64,000 nt of DNA, from the IMG/VR virus record IMGVR_UViG_3300010396_000044; one strand, written 5' to 3'. The notes below the pieces were generated by a model. It had not been told where the DNA came from, did no database searches, and worked only from the letters and a program-made list of their open reading frames with translations. Shown in pieces: positions 47,760-56,596 of this stretch. This DNA is from an uncultured virus (IMG/VR IMGVR_UViG_3300010396_000044) (Duplodnaviria; Heunggongvirae; Uroviricota; Caudoviricetes). Within the stretch, counting starts at the first letter, position 1. Each line of letters starts with the position of its first letter. The position numbers were made by a program, and so were the translations under genes.

Positions 47760-48776
47760 TTGACTCAACCTGCGCACGTTCAAACCAACCGGCACCAGCT
47801 AAAGCTGGGTCGACTCGCGCCGCATTCCGAGGCAACTCACCCCCGGCTCAAACTCGAGAACTTCCTCACGTCCGGTTACTCGCTGACGGTGCCCCCCGTG
47901 GTGGACTACCTCTCGAAGGTCACGACATGGCCGGTGAGTTTGAACGATCGGCTCGGTGACTGCACAGCCGCCGCAGCTGGGCACCTGCGGGAATCGTGGA
48001 CGGCCTATGCCCAGGGCGCTACCACAGTCACCACCGACGCGGACATCCTGACATTCTACGAGGAATGCTCCGGGTATATCCCCGGCCGCCCGGACACTGA
48101 TCAGGGCGCGGTGATGCAGGACTGCCTCAACATTTGGCGCAAGACCGGCCTAGCGGGCGACAAGATCCTCGCGTTTTTCCAAATCAACCCATCTAACCTC
48201 GCGGAAATCAAAACCGCGCTCTACGCGTTCGGCGGCATCTATGTCGGCGTCAACCTGCCGAACTCTGCGCTCGACCAATTCGAGGCCGGACAACCATGGG
48301 ACTATAATTCGCGCCTAGACAACAGGATCGCTGGGGGACACTGCGTTCATTTGGGGGCCATCGATTCCAGCGGACTGATGACAGTCACCACATGGGGCCG
48401 GACGCAGCAGGTCACCCCAGCGTGGTGGGCCAAGTTCACGGAAGAAAGCTGGGCTGCGGCCACTGTGGATTGGGTGAAGAACAATGTGAGCCCCGAGGGC
48501 TTGGACACCGCCGCGCTCAACGCGGAGTTCCAGGCGTTAACCGGGCAGCCTGGACCATTCCCTGTTGCACCCACACCGACTCCAACCCCGACTCCAACCC
48601 CGACACCTACTCCTCCACCGGCCCCGGTTCCGGTGAGTGTTGCGGATCAGGCATTGGCAGCCGCGATTCCCGCGTCGTGGCTGAACGGCTACCACGTCGG
48701 CAACAACGAGCAGGTTCGCAAAGCGTTGCAATCCTGGTTTGCCGCGACAGGGCTCACCCCCACCAGCGGTAAGTAA
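47760..48776 (+). CDS. papain-like cysteine peptidase, putative second lysin
   Basis: NDRLGDCT.AA.GH, GGHCV, TWG; PT linker and small C-terminal domain. Confidence 0.7.
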   Translation: MTQPAHVQTNRHQLKLGRLAPHSEATHPRLKLENFLTSGYSLTVPPVVDYLSKVTTWPVSLNDRLGDCTAAAAGHLRESWTAYAQGATTVTTDADILTFYEECSGYIPGRPDTDQGAVMQDCLNIWRKTGLAGDKILAFFQINPSNLAEIKTALYAFGGIYVGVNLPNSALDQFEAGQPWDYNSRLDNRIAGGHCVHLGAIDSSGLMTVTTWGRTQQVTPAWWAKFTEESWAAATVDWVKNNVSPEGLDTAALNAEFQALTGQPGPFPVAPTPTPTPTPTPTPTPPPAPVPVSVADQALAAAIPASWLNGYHVGNNEQVRKALQSWFAATGLTPTSGK

Positions 48777-48808
48777 TGTACGCATCCACAAGGAAGAGGT
48801 AAACAGTA

Positions 48809-48970
48809 ATGTCGTCACCTATCCTGTCCATTATCACCGAGATCATCACTATCATCGAGGGTCTGCTGAACAAGGCAGAGCAGAGCCCAGATGGGAAGGT
48901 TTCGGCGGCTGACCTGCGCACCGCTTTGGGCAAGGCCAAGGCAGCCCAGGAACGCCACGCCGGCAAGTAA
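48809..48970 (+). CDS. small hypothetical protein
   Basis: GAGG RBS; 53 aa. Confidence 0.55.
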   Translation: MSSPILSIITEIITIIEGLLNKAEQSPDGKVSAADLRTALGKAKAAQERHAGK

Positions 48971-49000
48971 TCATCGTCTTGCAGGCGGAAGGGCGGTCTC

Positions 49001-49504
49001 ATGCCCGACTACAGCAATGAGCGTAACAACGCCCTCATGTTCGCGGTGGAATCACACCGGAACGACATCACACCATGCGATCCACGCCGGGTGCTTCGCG
49101 CCGCGAACATGTACTTCTGCTGGCTCACCGCGCCCATCCGACTGATTCTCGGACGCGGACCAGCGGTTGACCAGACCACCGGGCAACCAACAAACAATGA
49201 AGGAGACACGATGAAGGACACCGATAAGGCGCAGCTCACCGTCACCGCTGAGGACGCGAAAGGTCAGGTCACCGCTTCCGGTGCCGACATCACCTTCACT
49301 TCAGCTGACACCACTGTTGCGACGATTGTCACGGACCCGGATGGCACGATGTGGGTTGTGGCGGGAAACCCCGGGTCTACTGTGATCACTGCTGATTGGC
49401 CTGATTCACCTGGTGGTGATTTGCAGGGCACCTTGGCGGTGGATGTGACCGCGGGGGACGCGACCAGTCTCGTGATCACCGCTGGGGCGCCTGTCCCGCA
49501 GTAG
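49001..49504 (+). CDS. Ig-like (Big_2) domain protein
   Basis: ITFTSADTTVATI..G..ITA; a second start with AAGGAG RBS at 49211. Confidence 0.6.
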   Translation: MPDYSNERNNALMFAVESHRNDITPCDPRRVLRAANMYFCWLTAPIRLILGRGPAVDQTTGQPTNNEGDTMKDTDKAQLTVTAEDAKGQVTASGADITFTSADTTVATIVTDPDGTMWVVAGNPGSTVITADWPDSPGGDLQGTLAVDVTAGDATSLVITAGAPVPQ

Positions 49505-49513
49505 TCGCAGGTC

Positions 49514-49566
49514 GGGCTGGGCGCGCGCATTGAGTAAAGCGGTGCCGCGCCCAGCCCCCTTGTTTC
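49514..49566 (+). terminator. intrinsic terminator
   Basis: GGGCTGGGCGCG/CGCGCCCAGCCC followed by CCTTGTTT; between convergent genes. Confidence 0.65.
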
Positions 49567-49747
49567 ACACGCGCCCGTGGTGGGCCTTAGCGATTTCCAG
49601 GGCCCGTTGTAGCCGCTGCTCGTTCACGCTCGCCCTGCGGTGCGCTGGCCGGTGTGCCCCAGCGTGCAGGGACACGAGAACACCCACGGTGATCAGTCCC
49701 GCCACCGCGAGCCCGACGATCAACACGATCAACACGTAGGTACCCAC
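49565..49747 (-). CDS. small membrane protein
   Basis: N-terminal TM. Confidence 0.55.
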   Translation of the reverse strand: MGTYVLIVLIVGLAVAGLITVGVLVSLHAGAHRPAHRRASVNEQRLQRALEIAKAHHGRV

Positions 49748-49813
49748 CCTTGGTGGGTGCCCTCTGCGCCCGTGGTGAAACCCCTACACCATCCCAACCT
49801 TTGAGGAGATTGC

Positions 49814-50446
49814 GTGCGCGTTTCAGCGTTAGGAGCGGTCCTGGCTGCGGTCACGGCGATCCTGCTCGGCGGGTGCGGCTCCAGCCCCGACCAAGACGGC
49901 GCGACCAGCACCAACCCCACCACCGGCGACGCCCCCAGCAGCGTCCCCAACACGCCGCCGCTTGCCGTGATCCCGGCGAACAATCATGTGACCGGCACCT
50001 ACCCCGCCTCCTGCGTACGCCCACAGGATGCTGACCCGAAGCTGCCTGTCGTGTCGTGCACCCCCGGGTCGATCCGTTCCGATGTCACCCAAACCAGCCT
50101 CACCACCACGATCTGCCACAAAGGCTGGGCGGCCAGCGTGCGGCCACCTGAAGCCGAAACGAACAAGATCAAAACTGTGGCGATGTCCGCCTACGGCGTC
50201 CCAGCGACGCTGCGGAACACAGCGCGACTCGACCACCTCATCCCCCTCGAACTCGGCGGCTCGAACGACGAAAGCAACCTGTGGATCCAGGACCAGAACT
50301 CCAGCGACAGCAAGGACCGCGTAGAGAACGATCTCCACGCCGCGGTGTGCGCTGGCACGGTGACACTGGCCGACGCGCAACAGGCCATCGCCAGCAACTG
50401 GGAAACCGCCGAGCAACACCTCGTGCTCCCCAGCAACAACCGCTAA
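49814..50446 (+). CDS. lipoprotein with HNH-like nuclease motif
   Basis: lipobox LLGGC; LDHLIPLELGGSN..NLW..KD..E. Confidence 0.75.
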   Translation: MRVSALGAVLAAVTAILLGGCGSSPDQDGATSTNPTTGDAPSSVPNTPPLAVIPANNHVTGTYPASCVRPQDADPKLPVVSCTPGSIRSDVTQTSLTTTICHKGWAASVRPPEAETNKIKTVAMSAYGVPATLRNTARLDHLIPLELGGSNDESNLWIQDQNSSDSKDRVENDLHAAVCAGTVTLADAQQAIASNWETAEQHLVLPSNNR

Positions 50447-50478
50447 ACGACCCAAGTTCCCGGGTTGGGGGTGCCGCG

Positions 50479-50670
50479 GTGGGCATCCTGTGGGACCGGT
50501 TCACCGGCGCTGACGAACGGCAACGCTCCCAGAACATCCTCCGCGACAAGATCCCCGCCGAACGGGGCCTCTCCGCCGAAACCATGGCCGCCGTCACCGA
50601 CGGCCAGCTCGAGATCGACGACGACGACCCGCAAGCCCAGAAACTTCGCGACCTCGGCAACTCGCGCTGA
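50479..50670 (+). CDS. hypothetical protein
   Basis: GC3-rich codons. Confidence 0.5.
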   Translation: MGILWDRFTGADERQRSQNILRDKIPAERGLSAETMAAVTDGQLEIDDDDPQAQKLRDLGNSR

Positions 50671-50699
50671 TCTACCAACCCAAACGAGGGGGTTCCTTC

Positions 50700-50867
50700 A
50701 TGCCCAACATCCGCGGCTGCCCGGCAACCAAACAACTCCGGCGCCTGCGCCGCAACCGGGTCGTCTCCTGGGGAACACCCATCGCCGCGCTCGCCGCGCT
50801 GGCTGGGGTGCTCGCCTGGCGCTACCACACCGCTAACGAGCGGTTCGCCACCCGCGACGCCGACTAG
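50700..50867 (+). CDS. small membrane protein
   Basis: GAGGGGG RBS; one TM. Confidence 0.5.
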   Translation: MPNIRGCPATKQLRRLRRNRVVSWGTPIAALAALAGVLAWRYHTANERFATRDAD

Positions 50868-50873
50868 CTCGGC

Positions 50874-51095
50874 GTGTATACCCGGGCGTGGGCGCTCGGC
50901 ACGCTGGACCGCGCGACGAAAACAGCCGCCGGTGACCTCGTCGTCCTCTGGTCCGCCTCAAGCGCGCTGCACATCAACGCCCTCCAAATCCTCGGTGTCA
51001 CCGCAGCAGCCGTGGTGATGTCCCTACTCACCTCGATCGCCTCAGCGCCAGTCGGGGACCGGGGCACCACCAGCGCACTACCGGGAGGCCGCTGA
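50874..51095 (+). CDS. r1t-like holin
   Basis: W....DRA.KT.A..A..AV.SLLTSIAS. Confidence 0.8.
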   Translation: MYTRAWALGTLDRATKTAAGDLVVLWSASSALHINALQILGVTAAAVVMSLLTSIASAPVGDRGTTSALPGGR

Positions 51096-51239
51096 ATGCT
51101 CGCGCTCATCATCATCGCACTTGTGGTGTGGCTCGCGCTGGCCATCATCGGGTTCGCCGTCAAAATTGCCCTGATCGGTCTGATCGGGATCATCTTGTTC
51201 GCCATCACCGGCATCGCGTTGCTGCTCAAGGCGCTGTAG
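51096..51239 (+). CDS. small membrane protein
   Basis: GGAGG RBS; 47 aa, entirely hydrophobic. Confidence 0.55.
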   Translation: MLALIIIALVVWLALAIIGFAVKIALIGLIGIILFAITGIALLLKAL

Positions 51240-51626
51240 GCCCGTGGAGTGTGAGTACTGCGGCTGGTTCTTCGACCCGGTCCGCTATAGGTGGGTCTGT
51301 CCGGCCTGTCGAACGAAAAATTCTTGCTGCTCAGGTTCGCCGCTGCCGCCACGGACGAGGGCTATGCCCTCTCTGAGCTCAGCACCGGCCCCGATTCGAC
51401 CCCGAACAGACGGCGCACGTACGCCAGAGCCTCCGCGAGGGTGCGGAGCTCACCGTTGACCAGAATCATCATGGCCTCCTGAGGTTGGTCGCCAGGCGAC
51501 GACTTGAACGTCGCATTACCGGCCCCTCGGCCGGCGTGCTTGAAGCCACACGGTTCTGACGCTGCCCGTCGCGATCGGGTCTGCCGTTACCGCCACGCTG
51601 GTCACGGTCACCCGCCCACGACCCGT

Positions 51627-52862
51627 CTAGCCGGGCGGCCCCAAACCGATCACCTTGCGCGCCGGATCCGCGGACAGCATGGCCTCAATCGCCGCGACCG
51701 CCTTGGGATTCCGCGCCTTCCGAGCCATATACCGATCTTGCGTCATGGACGGGCGGGAGTGGGACAGCTGGTCGGCGATCTGCCGCGCGGACAAACCAGC
51801 ATCATCGAGGACGGTAGCCACCGTCTTGCGGAACGTGTGGCTGGTGACCCACTCGTAGCCGGCCATGTCCAGCGCGCGGCGCAGGTCGCCGAGAGTGTTA
51901 TGCGGATCCCGCAAACCACCGACGCTGTCAGGGAACACCGGCCCGAGAGGGTTCAGCGCCGTCTCTCGGCGCAACAGGAGCATCGCCACGACCGGCTCCG
52001 GTAGGTCAAGCACCTGTTCCTTCGTCTTACTCGTCCCCCGGTTGATCAGCAGTCCGGCACCCTTGACGCGGATGATGTTCGGGCCGACCGCGGCGGTTGC
52101 TTCGTCAAGGTCGATCCAGGGCCAGTGCACGGCGAGGGCTTGGCTGATGCGCAGCGACGTGCCGAGCATCCACAACACGAGATCGGGTAGATACGGGTGC
52201 ACTTTGGGTGGCGGGTTGGAACGCTGCTGCGCCCACAGGCTGTCGCCGGGTGTTTTCGCCAAGCCGGTGAGCTTGGTCCATAGGTCCACAGCCTCGCCGG
52301 GTTCGAGCGCGCGGACAGCCTTCTGCGCGCCGATGATGCGGGACACGTCCCGGACGGGGTTGGTGGGGATCGCGTTGTAGCGCGTCGCGATCTGCATCAT
52401 TCCCGACAGGACCGCCCGCGTCGTCTTCGCGACGGTGGGGCTGTGCTTGCGGAGCTCCCGCAGGAACCGGTCCAGGGTTTGCACATCCGCTTCGATGACC
52501 GTCAGCTCGCCGAGTTCCGGCTTGCCGTGGTTGTCCCAGTGGCTGCGGTACAGCCGCACGGTGCCGGGCGACAGTCCCCCTTGTTCGACGCGCTCGTTGA
52601 GATCCTCGAAGTAGTTCTGGGCGAGCGCGTTCATGCGGGTGCGGGAGTTGATGTGTCCTCGGCCCTCGGCGGCTTGGGTCTTGGTGGCGAGGGCTTGTTT
52701 GAGCCGGTTGATCGCGGCGGTTTTCGTCGCGGCGGTGCGCTCGTACTGTCGGGTGCGGCCGTCAGGGTCGCGGTGGTTGGCGAGGGCTTTCCACTTGTCG
52801 GCGACTTTCATGGTGCGGATCTCGCCGGTGGTGTTGAGCGGCAGCCGCGGCCGGCCCGTCAC
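51627..52862 (-). CDS. int: tyrosine integrase
   Basis: TSLRISQ (R), KT, HTFRKT (HxxR), LSHS..MT..RY; TAGAAT -10 upstream. Confidence 0.95.
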   Translation of the reverse strand: MTGRPRLPLNTTGEIRTMKVADKWKALANHRDPDGRTRQYERTAATKTAAINRLKQALATKTQAAEGRGHINSRTRMNALAQNYFEDLNERVEQGGLSPGTVRLYRSHWDNHGKPELGELTVIEADVQTLDRFLRELRKHSPTVAKTTRAVLSGMMQIATRYNAIPTNPVRDVSRIIGAQKAVRALEPGEAVDLWTKLTGLAKTPGDSLWAQQRSNPPPKVHPYLPDLVLWMLGTSLRISQALAVHWPWIDLDEATAAVGPNIIRVKGAGLLINRGTSKTKEQVLDLPEPVVAMLLLRRETALNPLGPVFPDSVGGLRDPHNTLGDLRRALDMAGYEWVTSHTFRKTVATVLDDAGLSARQIADQLSHSRPSMTQDRYMARKARNPKAVAAIEAMLSADPARKVIGLGPPG

Positions 52863-52985
52863 GCGGCCTGCCTGAAGATCGTTCGCATGCCAGGATTCTA
52901 CGCCTTTTGCATGGCTTTTGCATGGATTCAGCCATGTTTGACCTAGCCGAAGATCACGGTAGATGGCTTCTGAACTGGGGGATCA

Positions 52986-53025
52986 GGCTCCCCGAGTTGG
53001 ACTCGAACCAACAACCCTGCGATTA
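52986..53025 (-). other. attP: attP core, 3' half of tRNA-Asn
   Basis: minus strand TAATCGCAGGGTTGTTGGTTCGAGTCCAACTCGGGGAGCC (T-arm plus acceptor 3' strand); no 5' half; adjacent to int. Confidence 0.85.
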
Positions 53026-53464
53026 GCTGTCAACCATGAACGGTAACGAATCACCGTAAATGCGCGCACGTCAACCGGGGTCGTTGGTGCACCCTAGCGC
53101 AGGGTGGCGCATGACGTGTACATGGCTTTCGCATGGCTCCCCCATCGGGTCCGCGATGGCCCCTGCCCAGGTCACTCCGCGGCGGCTTTTTCGCCTCGGC
53201 GCGTGCCGGTGGTATGTCTACTGAGACGGTTCGGCCGCACCACAGTCCGTGACACCTCACGCCGATTTCACCCAGCATTCTTTCAGGAATTGCGCCCAAC
53301 GGGGTGCATCCGTAATTGCGGATGCGATTGCGGTGAACGAACGTGGTACATAACCTGCATGCCTCACACGGACAGTGGCCCTGCACGAGGTTTCGTTCAC
53401 CCACCGATCGGTCGCAACCGCCATCACGCACAGCGATCACTGACGCGCGGAGGATCCTCCTGGC

Positions 53465-53698
53465 ATGCGTAACCCAACCACCTCCTACCAGGCCAGCATG
53501 TCACCCGCGATCACCAAACAACGGCTTCAGGCCGCTATCGGCGTAGAAGTGGTCAGTTACGTCACGACCGCGTTGGCAGCTGACGGGCAGATGTACTCAC
53601 TGTTCCCGTCTGAGCAGGACCCTCGCGTCACCGATGATCTCGCCAGGAAAGGCGCCCATGTGCTCAGCTGCGGCCCGTGCTGCCCGGATTGCACGTAA
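53465..53698 (+). CDS. hypothetical protein
   Basis: GGAGG RBS; C-terminal CGPCCPDC. Confidence 0.5.
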   Translation: MRNPTTSYQASMSPAITKQRLQAAIGVEVVSYVTTALAADGQMYSLFPSEQDPRVTDDLARKGAHVLSCGPCCPDCT

Positions 53699-53710
53699 CT
53701 AGCCGCGCGG

Positions 53711-54184
53711 TCACCGACCGCCGTGGTCGTTGCGCTTTTTGACGCTGGTCTCAGGGGTCCCTTCGTCGCCGAGACGCACCACCGTCACGTCGTGGCTTCC
53801 TTCTTCACCGTTCGGGCGGCCCTTGGCGCCCACGAATGACCGGATGAGCCCCACAATCGCCTGCTTCTGAGCCGGCGTGAGCCGGGGCCACATCTCTACC
53901 AAATCTGGCCACGGATCGTCCCTCTTCGGTAACCGCTCACGCGCCGTCTCACTCAGCGGCTCATGCCCCAACGTGGCCAGCCACCGGTCTATGTCCAGAC
54001 CGAGCGCGTGAGCGAGGTCGATCACAGTGGGCCGCTTCGGGTCCGGCGGGTTACGGCCTTCGAGCTTCTCAATCTGCGAAGCAGAAACACCAGACAACCG
54101 CGCCAAATCACTACGGGACAACCGCTGCTCCTCCCGCGCGGAACGGACATGAGCAGCGAAATCTTCAACAGACACCCACGGCAT
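53711..54184 (-). CDS. immunity repressor (XRE HTH), leaderless
   Basis: RSAREEQRLSRSDLARLSGVSASQIEKLE..P..LA.AL; divergent from Cro. Confidence 0.88.
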   Translation of the reverse strand: MPWVSVEDFAAHVRSAREEQRLSRSDLARLSGVSASQIEKLEGRNPPDPKRPTVIDLAHALGLDIDRWLATLGHEPLSETARERLPKRDDPWPDLVEMWPRLTPAQKQAIVGLIRSFVGAKGRPNGEEGSHDVTVVRLGDEGTPETSVKKRNDHGGR

Positions 54185-54309
54185 GGTGCCAGTTTGAGGC
54201 CGATTCAGGCCTACTTGCCGGTAAGAATCACCTAGCGGAGCAGTGCGCGCACCGACTGGTGCGCTGTTCGTGACAGCGCGTCACCGGCCGCAGGGGGCCA
54301 CGCGCCCTG

Positions 54310-54338
54310 TTGCCATGTGCCATAAGATGTCGTACTAT
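54310..54338 (+). promoter_or_regulatory. early lytic promoter
   Basis: TTGCCA-17 nt-TACTAT, 6 nt before cro ATG. Confidence 0.7.
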
Positions 54339-54344
54339 GGCTCA

Positions 54345-54593
54345 ATGTCACGCCGACGATCATGGACGCAAGTCCCCCCAACCTGCCTACGACGGCTACG
54401 CATGGACGCCGGCCTCTCCGTCCAGGAGCTAGCAGACCGAGTCGGATACACCAAAGACCACCTCGGGAAATGCGAACGAGGCCGCCTCACACCCGGCGAA
54501 CCCCTCGTCCGCGCACTCGCGGAAGTCTTCGGGAAGCGGCCCTCCGAACTAGAAGACGCCCTCCGACGCGAACTCGCCACGAAGGTGGCCTAG
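54345..54593 (+). CDS. Cro-like XRE HTH protein
   Basis: LRRLR..AGLSVQELADRVGY..HL.K.ERG..P. Confidence 0.85.
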   Translation: MSRRRSWTQVPPTCLRRLRMDAGLSVQELADRVGYTKDHLGKCERGRLTPGEPLVRALAEVFGKRPSELEDALRRELATKVA

Positions 54594-54869
54594 ATGAGCA
54601 CCCGCCGGCTCAAAGGTCTCGACGCCATCCGCGACGCCACGGTTGAGTCCGCGCCCGCGCTTCACGTGCTCAACATCGGCGACATTCCCTGCGGCGCGCT
54701 CACCGTCCGGGAAGCCGCCGAGTTCACCCGCCTACCGGCGCACTGGATCAGAGCCCGGATCCGCGAGGGCCGAATCCGCGTGATCTCCGAAAGCCTCCGC
54801 GAATACGTCATCCCCCTGGCGGAGATCCCGAAAATCCTGGACTGGGCGGAGTACGTCAACACTGCCTGA
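54594..54869 (+). CDS. excisionase-like HTH protein
   Basis: LTVREAAE..IR..IR.G.I..Y.IP. Confidence 0.75.
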   Translation: MSTRRLKGLDAIRDATVESAPALHVLNIGDIPCGALTVREAAEFTRLPAHWIRARIREGRIRVISESLREYVIPLAEIPKILDWAEYVNTA

Positions 54870-54988
54870 AAAGGGCGGGGCGCCCCTTAGGTGCCCACAA
54901 CACCCAAGAACCGCCCCGCAACACCCACGGCGCCTGCACCGCCAAGAACAGGCACCCATCAACCAACCACGAAAGGTCTAAACACATC

Positions 54989-55198
54989 ATGACACGACCT
55001 GTCAAGCAGCCAACCCGGGAACAGATCCGCAACGCATTCGAGTGGACCGCCCGCTGGCACTCCGGCGGCGCCTACATCGGCGAAGCTGATCTCTCCGACC
55101 ACGCTGCTCAGGTTCTCGGTGACCGCGCCTACACGTTGATCGCCACCACCGCCCGCGACTGGCACCACCGCAACACAACCAACGGCGGCGCGGCATGA
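54989..55198 (+). CDS. hypothetical protein
   Basis: GAAAGG RBS; ATGA coupling. Confidence 0.6.
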   Translation: MTRPVKQPTREQIRNAFEWTARWHSGGAYIGEADLSDHAAQVLGDRAYTLIATTARDWHHRNTTNGGAA

Positions 55199-55365
55199 CC
55201 ATCTACGTCGATAACGCGGCCATTCCCGCCAACGTCCACAACCACGCAACCGGAAAGACCGTCACCTCAACTTGGTCACACCTCATCAGCGACCAACTCG
55301 ACCCGACTGAATTACACGAGTTCGCCACCAAACAACTCGGAACCAAAGACGGTGCGACGTCATGA
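55195..55365 (+). pseudogene. truncated DUF4031-like gene
   Basis: MTIYVD..WSHLISD..ELHEFA..LG then stop; lacks the usual FQ..HYD half. Confidence 0.55.
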
Positions 55366-55694
55366 CCAGCGAGGCCGTACTCCAATCGCTGCGTGTCCTC
55401 GCCGAAGCTGCACGCGAACACCGCATCACGCTCGGCGCCGATGGGGAACTCCGCATCAACGGCGCCCCCACGAACCCCTTCCAGCAGCTCGCCGTGTCCG
55501 TGTTGGACCGGTGGGGATGGATCACCTGGACACCCAGCCTCACCTGCTACTACGCGGTCCTCACCGAACACGGCAAAACCAACCTGGCCATCCACGCCGG
55601 CCCCGATTTTTCGGACGGGGCGCAATGGCGCGCCTTCGAGCACCACATGTTCGACGTCACCGACGCTGACCTCGCCGAAGGCGGCACGCCATGA
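55362..55694 (+). CDS. hypothetical protein
   Basis: ATGA coupling at both ends. Confidence 0.6.
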   Translation: MTSEAVLQSLRVLAEAAREHRITLGADGELRINGAPTNPFQQLAVSVLDRWGWITWTPSLTCYYAVLTEHGKTNLAIHAGPDFSDGAQWRAFEHHMFDVTDADLAEGGTP

Positions 55695-56596
55695 GCGTCT
55701 CCACCACAGTCGCAATCAATGCGCCAGGCGTATACGACATCCCTGCCAGCGAATATCACGCTGATCCCGTAATTGGCGGGTCGCTGTCATCCACCGGCGC
55801 CCGGCGGCTGCTACCTCCGTCATGCCCGGCGCTATTCAGACACGCGATCACCGACGGCCAAGAGCACCGTGCCGTGTTCGACTTCGGTCACGCCGCGCAC
55901 GCGCTTGTGCTCGGCGTCGGGGCACCCATCACCGTGGTGGACGCCGACGACTGGCGCACGAAAGCCGCCCAGGAAACAGCCAAGAAAGCCCGCGCGGACG
56001 GCGCAACACCCCTACTACGCGCCGAGTACGAGCAAGTACAAGCCATGGCCGCAGCACTGGCCGACCACCCGATCGCTGGCGCACTTATGCAGCCCGGCGC
56101 GGGCGACGCCGAGCAAACCCTCGTCTGGCAAGACCAGGAAACCGGCGTGTGGCGCCGGGCCATGCTCGACTGGGCCACCCGCGCCATCGACGGCCGGCTG
56201 ATCATCGTCGACTACAAGACCAGCAAATCCGCCGAGCCCGGCGCGGTCAGCAAAGCCCTAGAGAACTACGGCTACCTACAACAAGCGCCCTGGTACCTCG
56301 ACGGCGCCACCACGCTCGGTCTCGCCGGCGACCGTGAGCCCGCGTTTCTGTTCGTGTTCCAGGAGAAAACCCCGCCCTATCTAGTCACCGTCGCGCAACC
56401 CGACCCTGAGGTCCTCGAGTGGGGACGGCGCCGTAACCGCAAAGCGCTCGACGTGTACCGCCGCTGCGTCGAAACCAACCACTGGCCCGGCTACGCCGAC
56501 GACGTGATCTCCGTCAGCCTCCCCACCTGGGCCACCTACCAACACCAAACCGCCTGGCAACAAGGCCACTACGACACCACAGAGGACCTTCCATGA
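55691..56596 (+). CDS. RecE-like PD-(D/E)XK exonuclease (DUF3799)
   Basis: YH.D..SLSS, FG.AAH..VL, EQT..W.D, R..D..IVDYKT, Y..Q..Y, QEK.PPY. Confidence 0.9.
   Translation: MSVSTTVAINAPGVYDIPASEYHADPVIGGSLSSTGARRLLPPSCPALFRHAITDGQEHRAVFDFGHAAHALVLGVGAPITVVDADDWRTKAAQETAKKARADGATPLLRAEYEQVQAMAAALADHPIAGALMQPGAGDAEQTLVWQDQETGVWRRAMLDWATRAIDGRLIIVDYKTSKSAEPGAVSKALENYGYLQQAPWYLDGATTLGLAGDREPAFLFVFQEKTPPYLVTVAQPDPEVLEWGRRRNRKALDVYRRCVETNHWPGYADDVISVSLPTWATYQHQTAWQQGHYDTTEDLP

Noticed and set aside
48571..48615. 12-bp tandem repeat CCGACTCCAACC
   Set aside because: Encodes an ordinary Pro-Thr linker.
52986..53025. complete tRNA gene
   Set aside because: No D-arm or 5' acceptor strand upstream; treated as attP.
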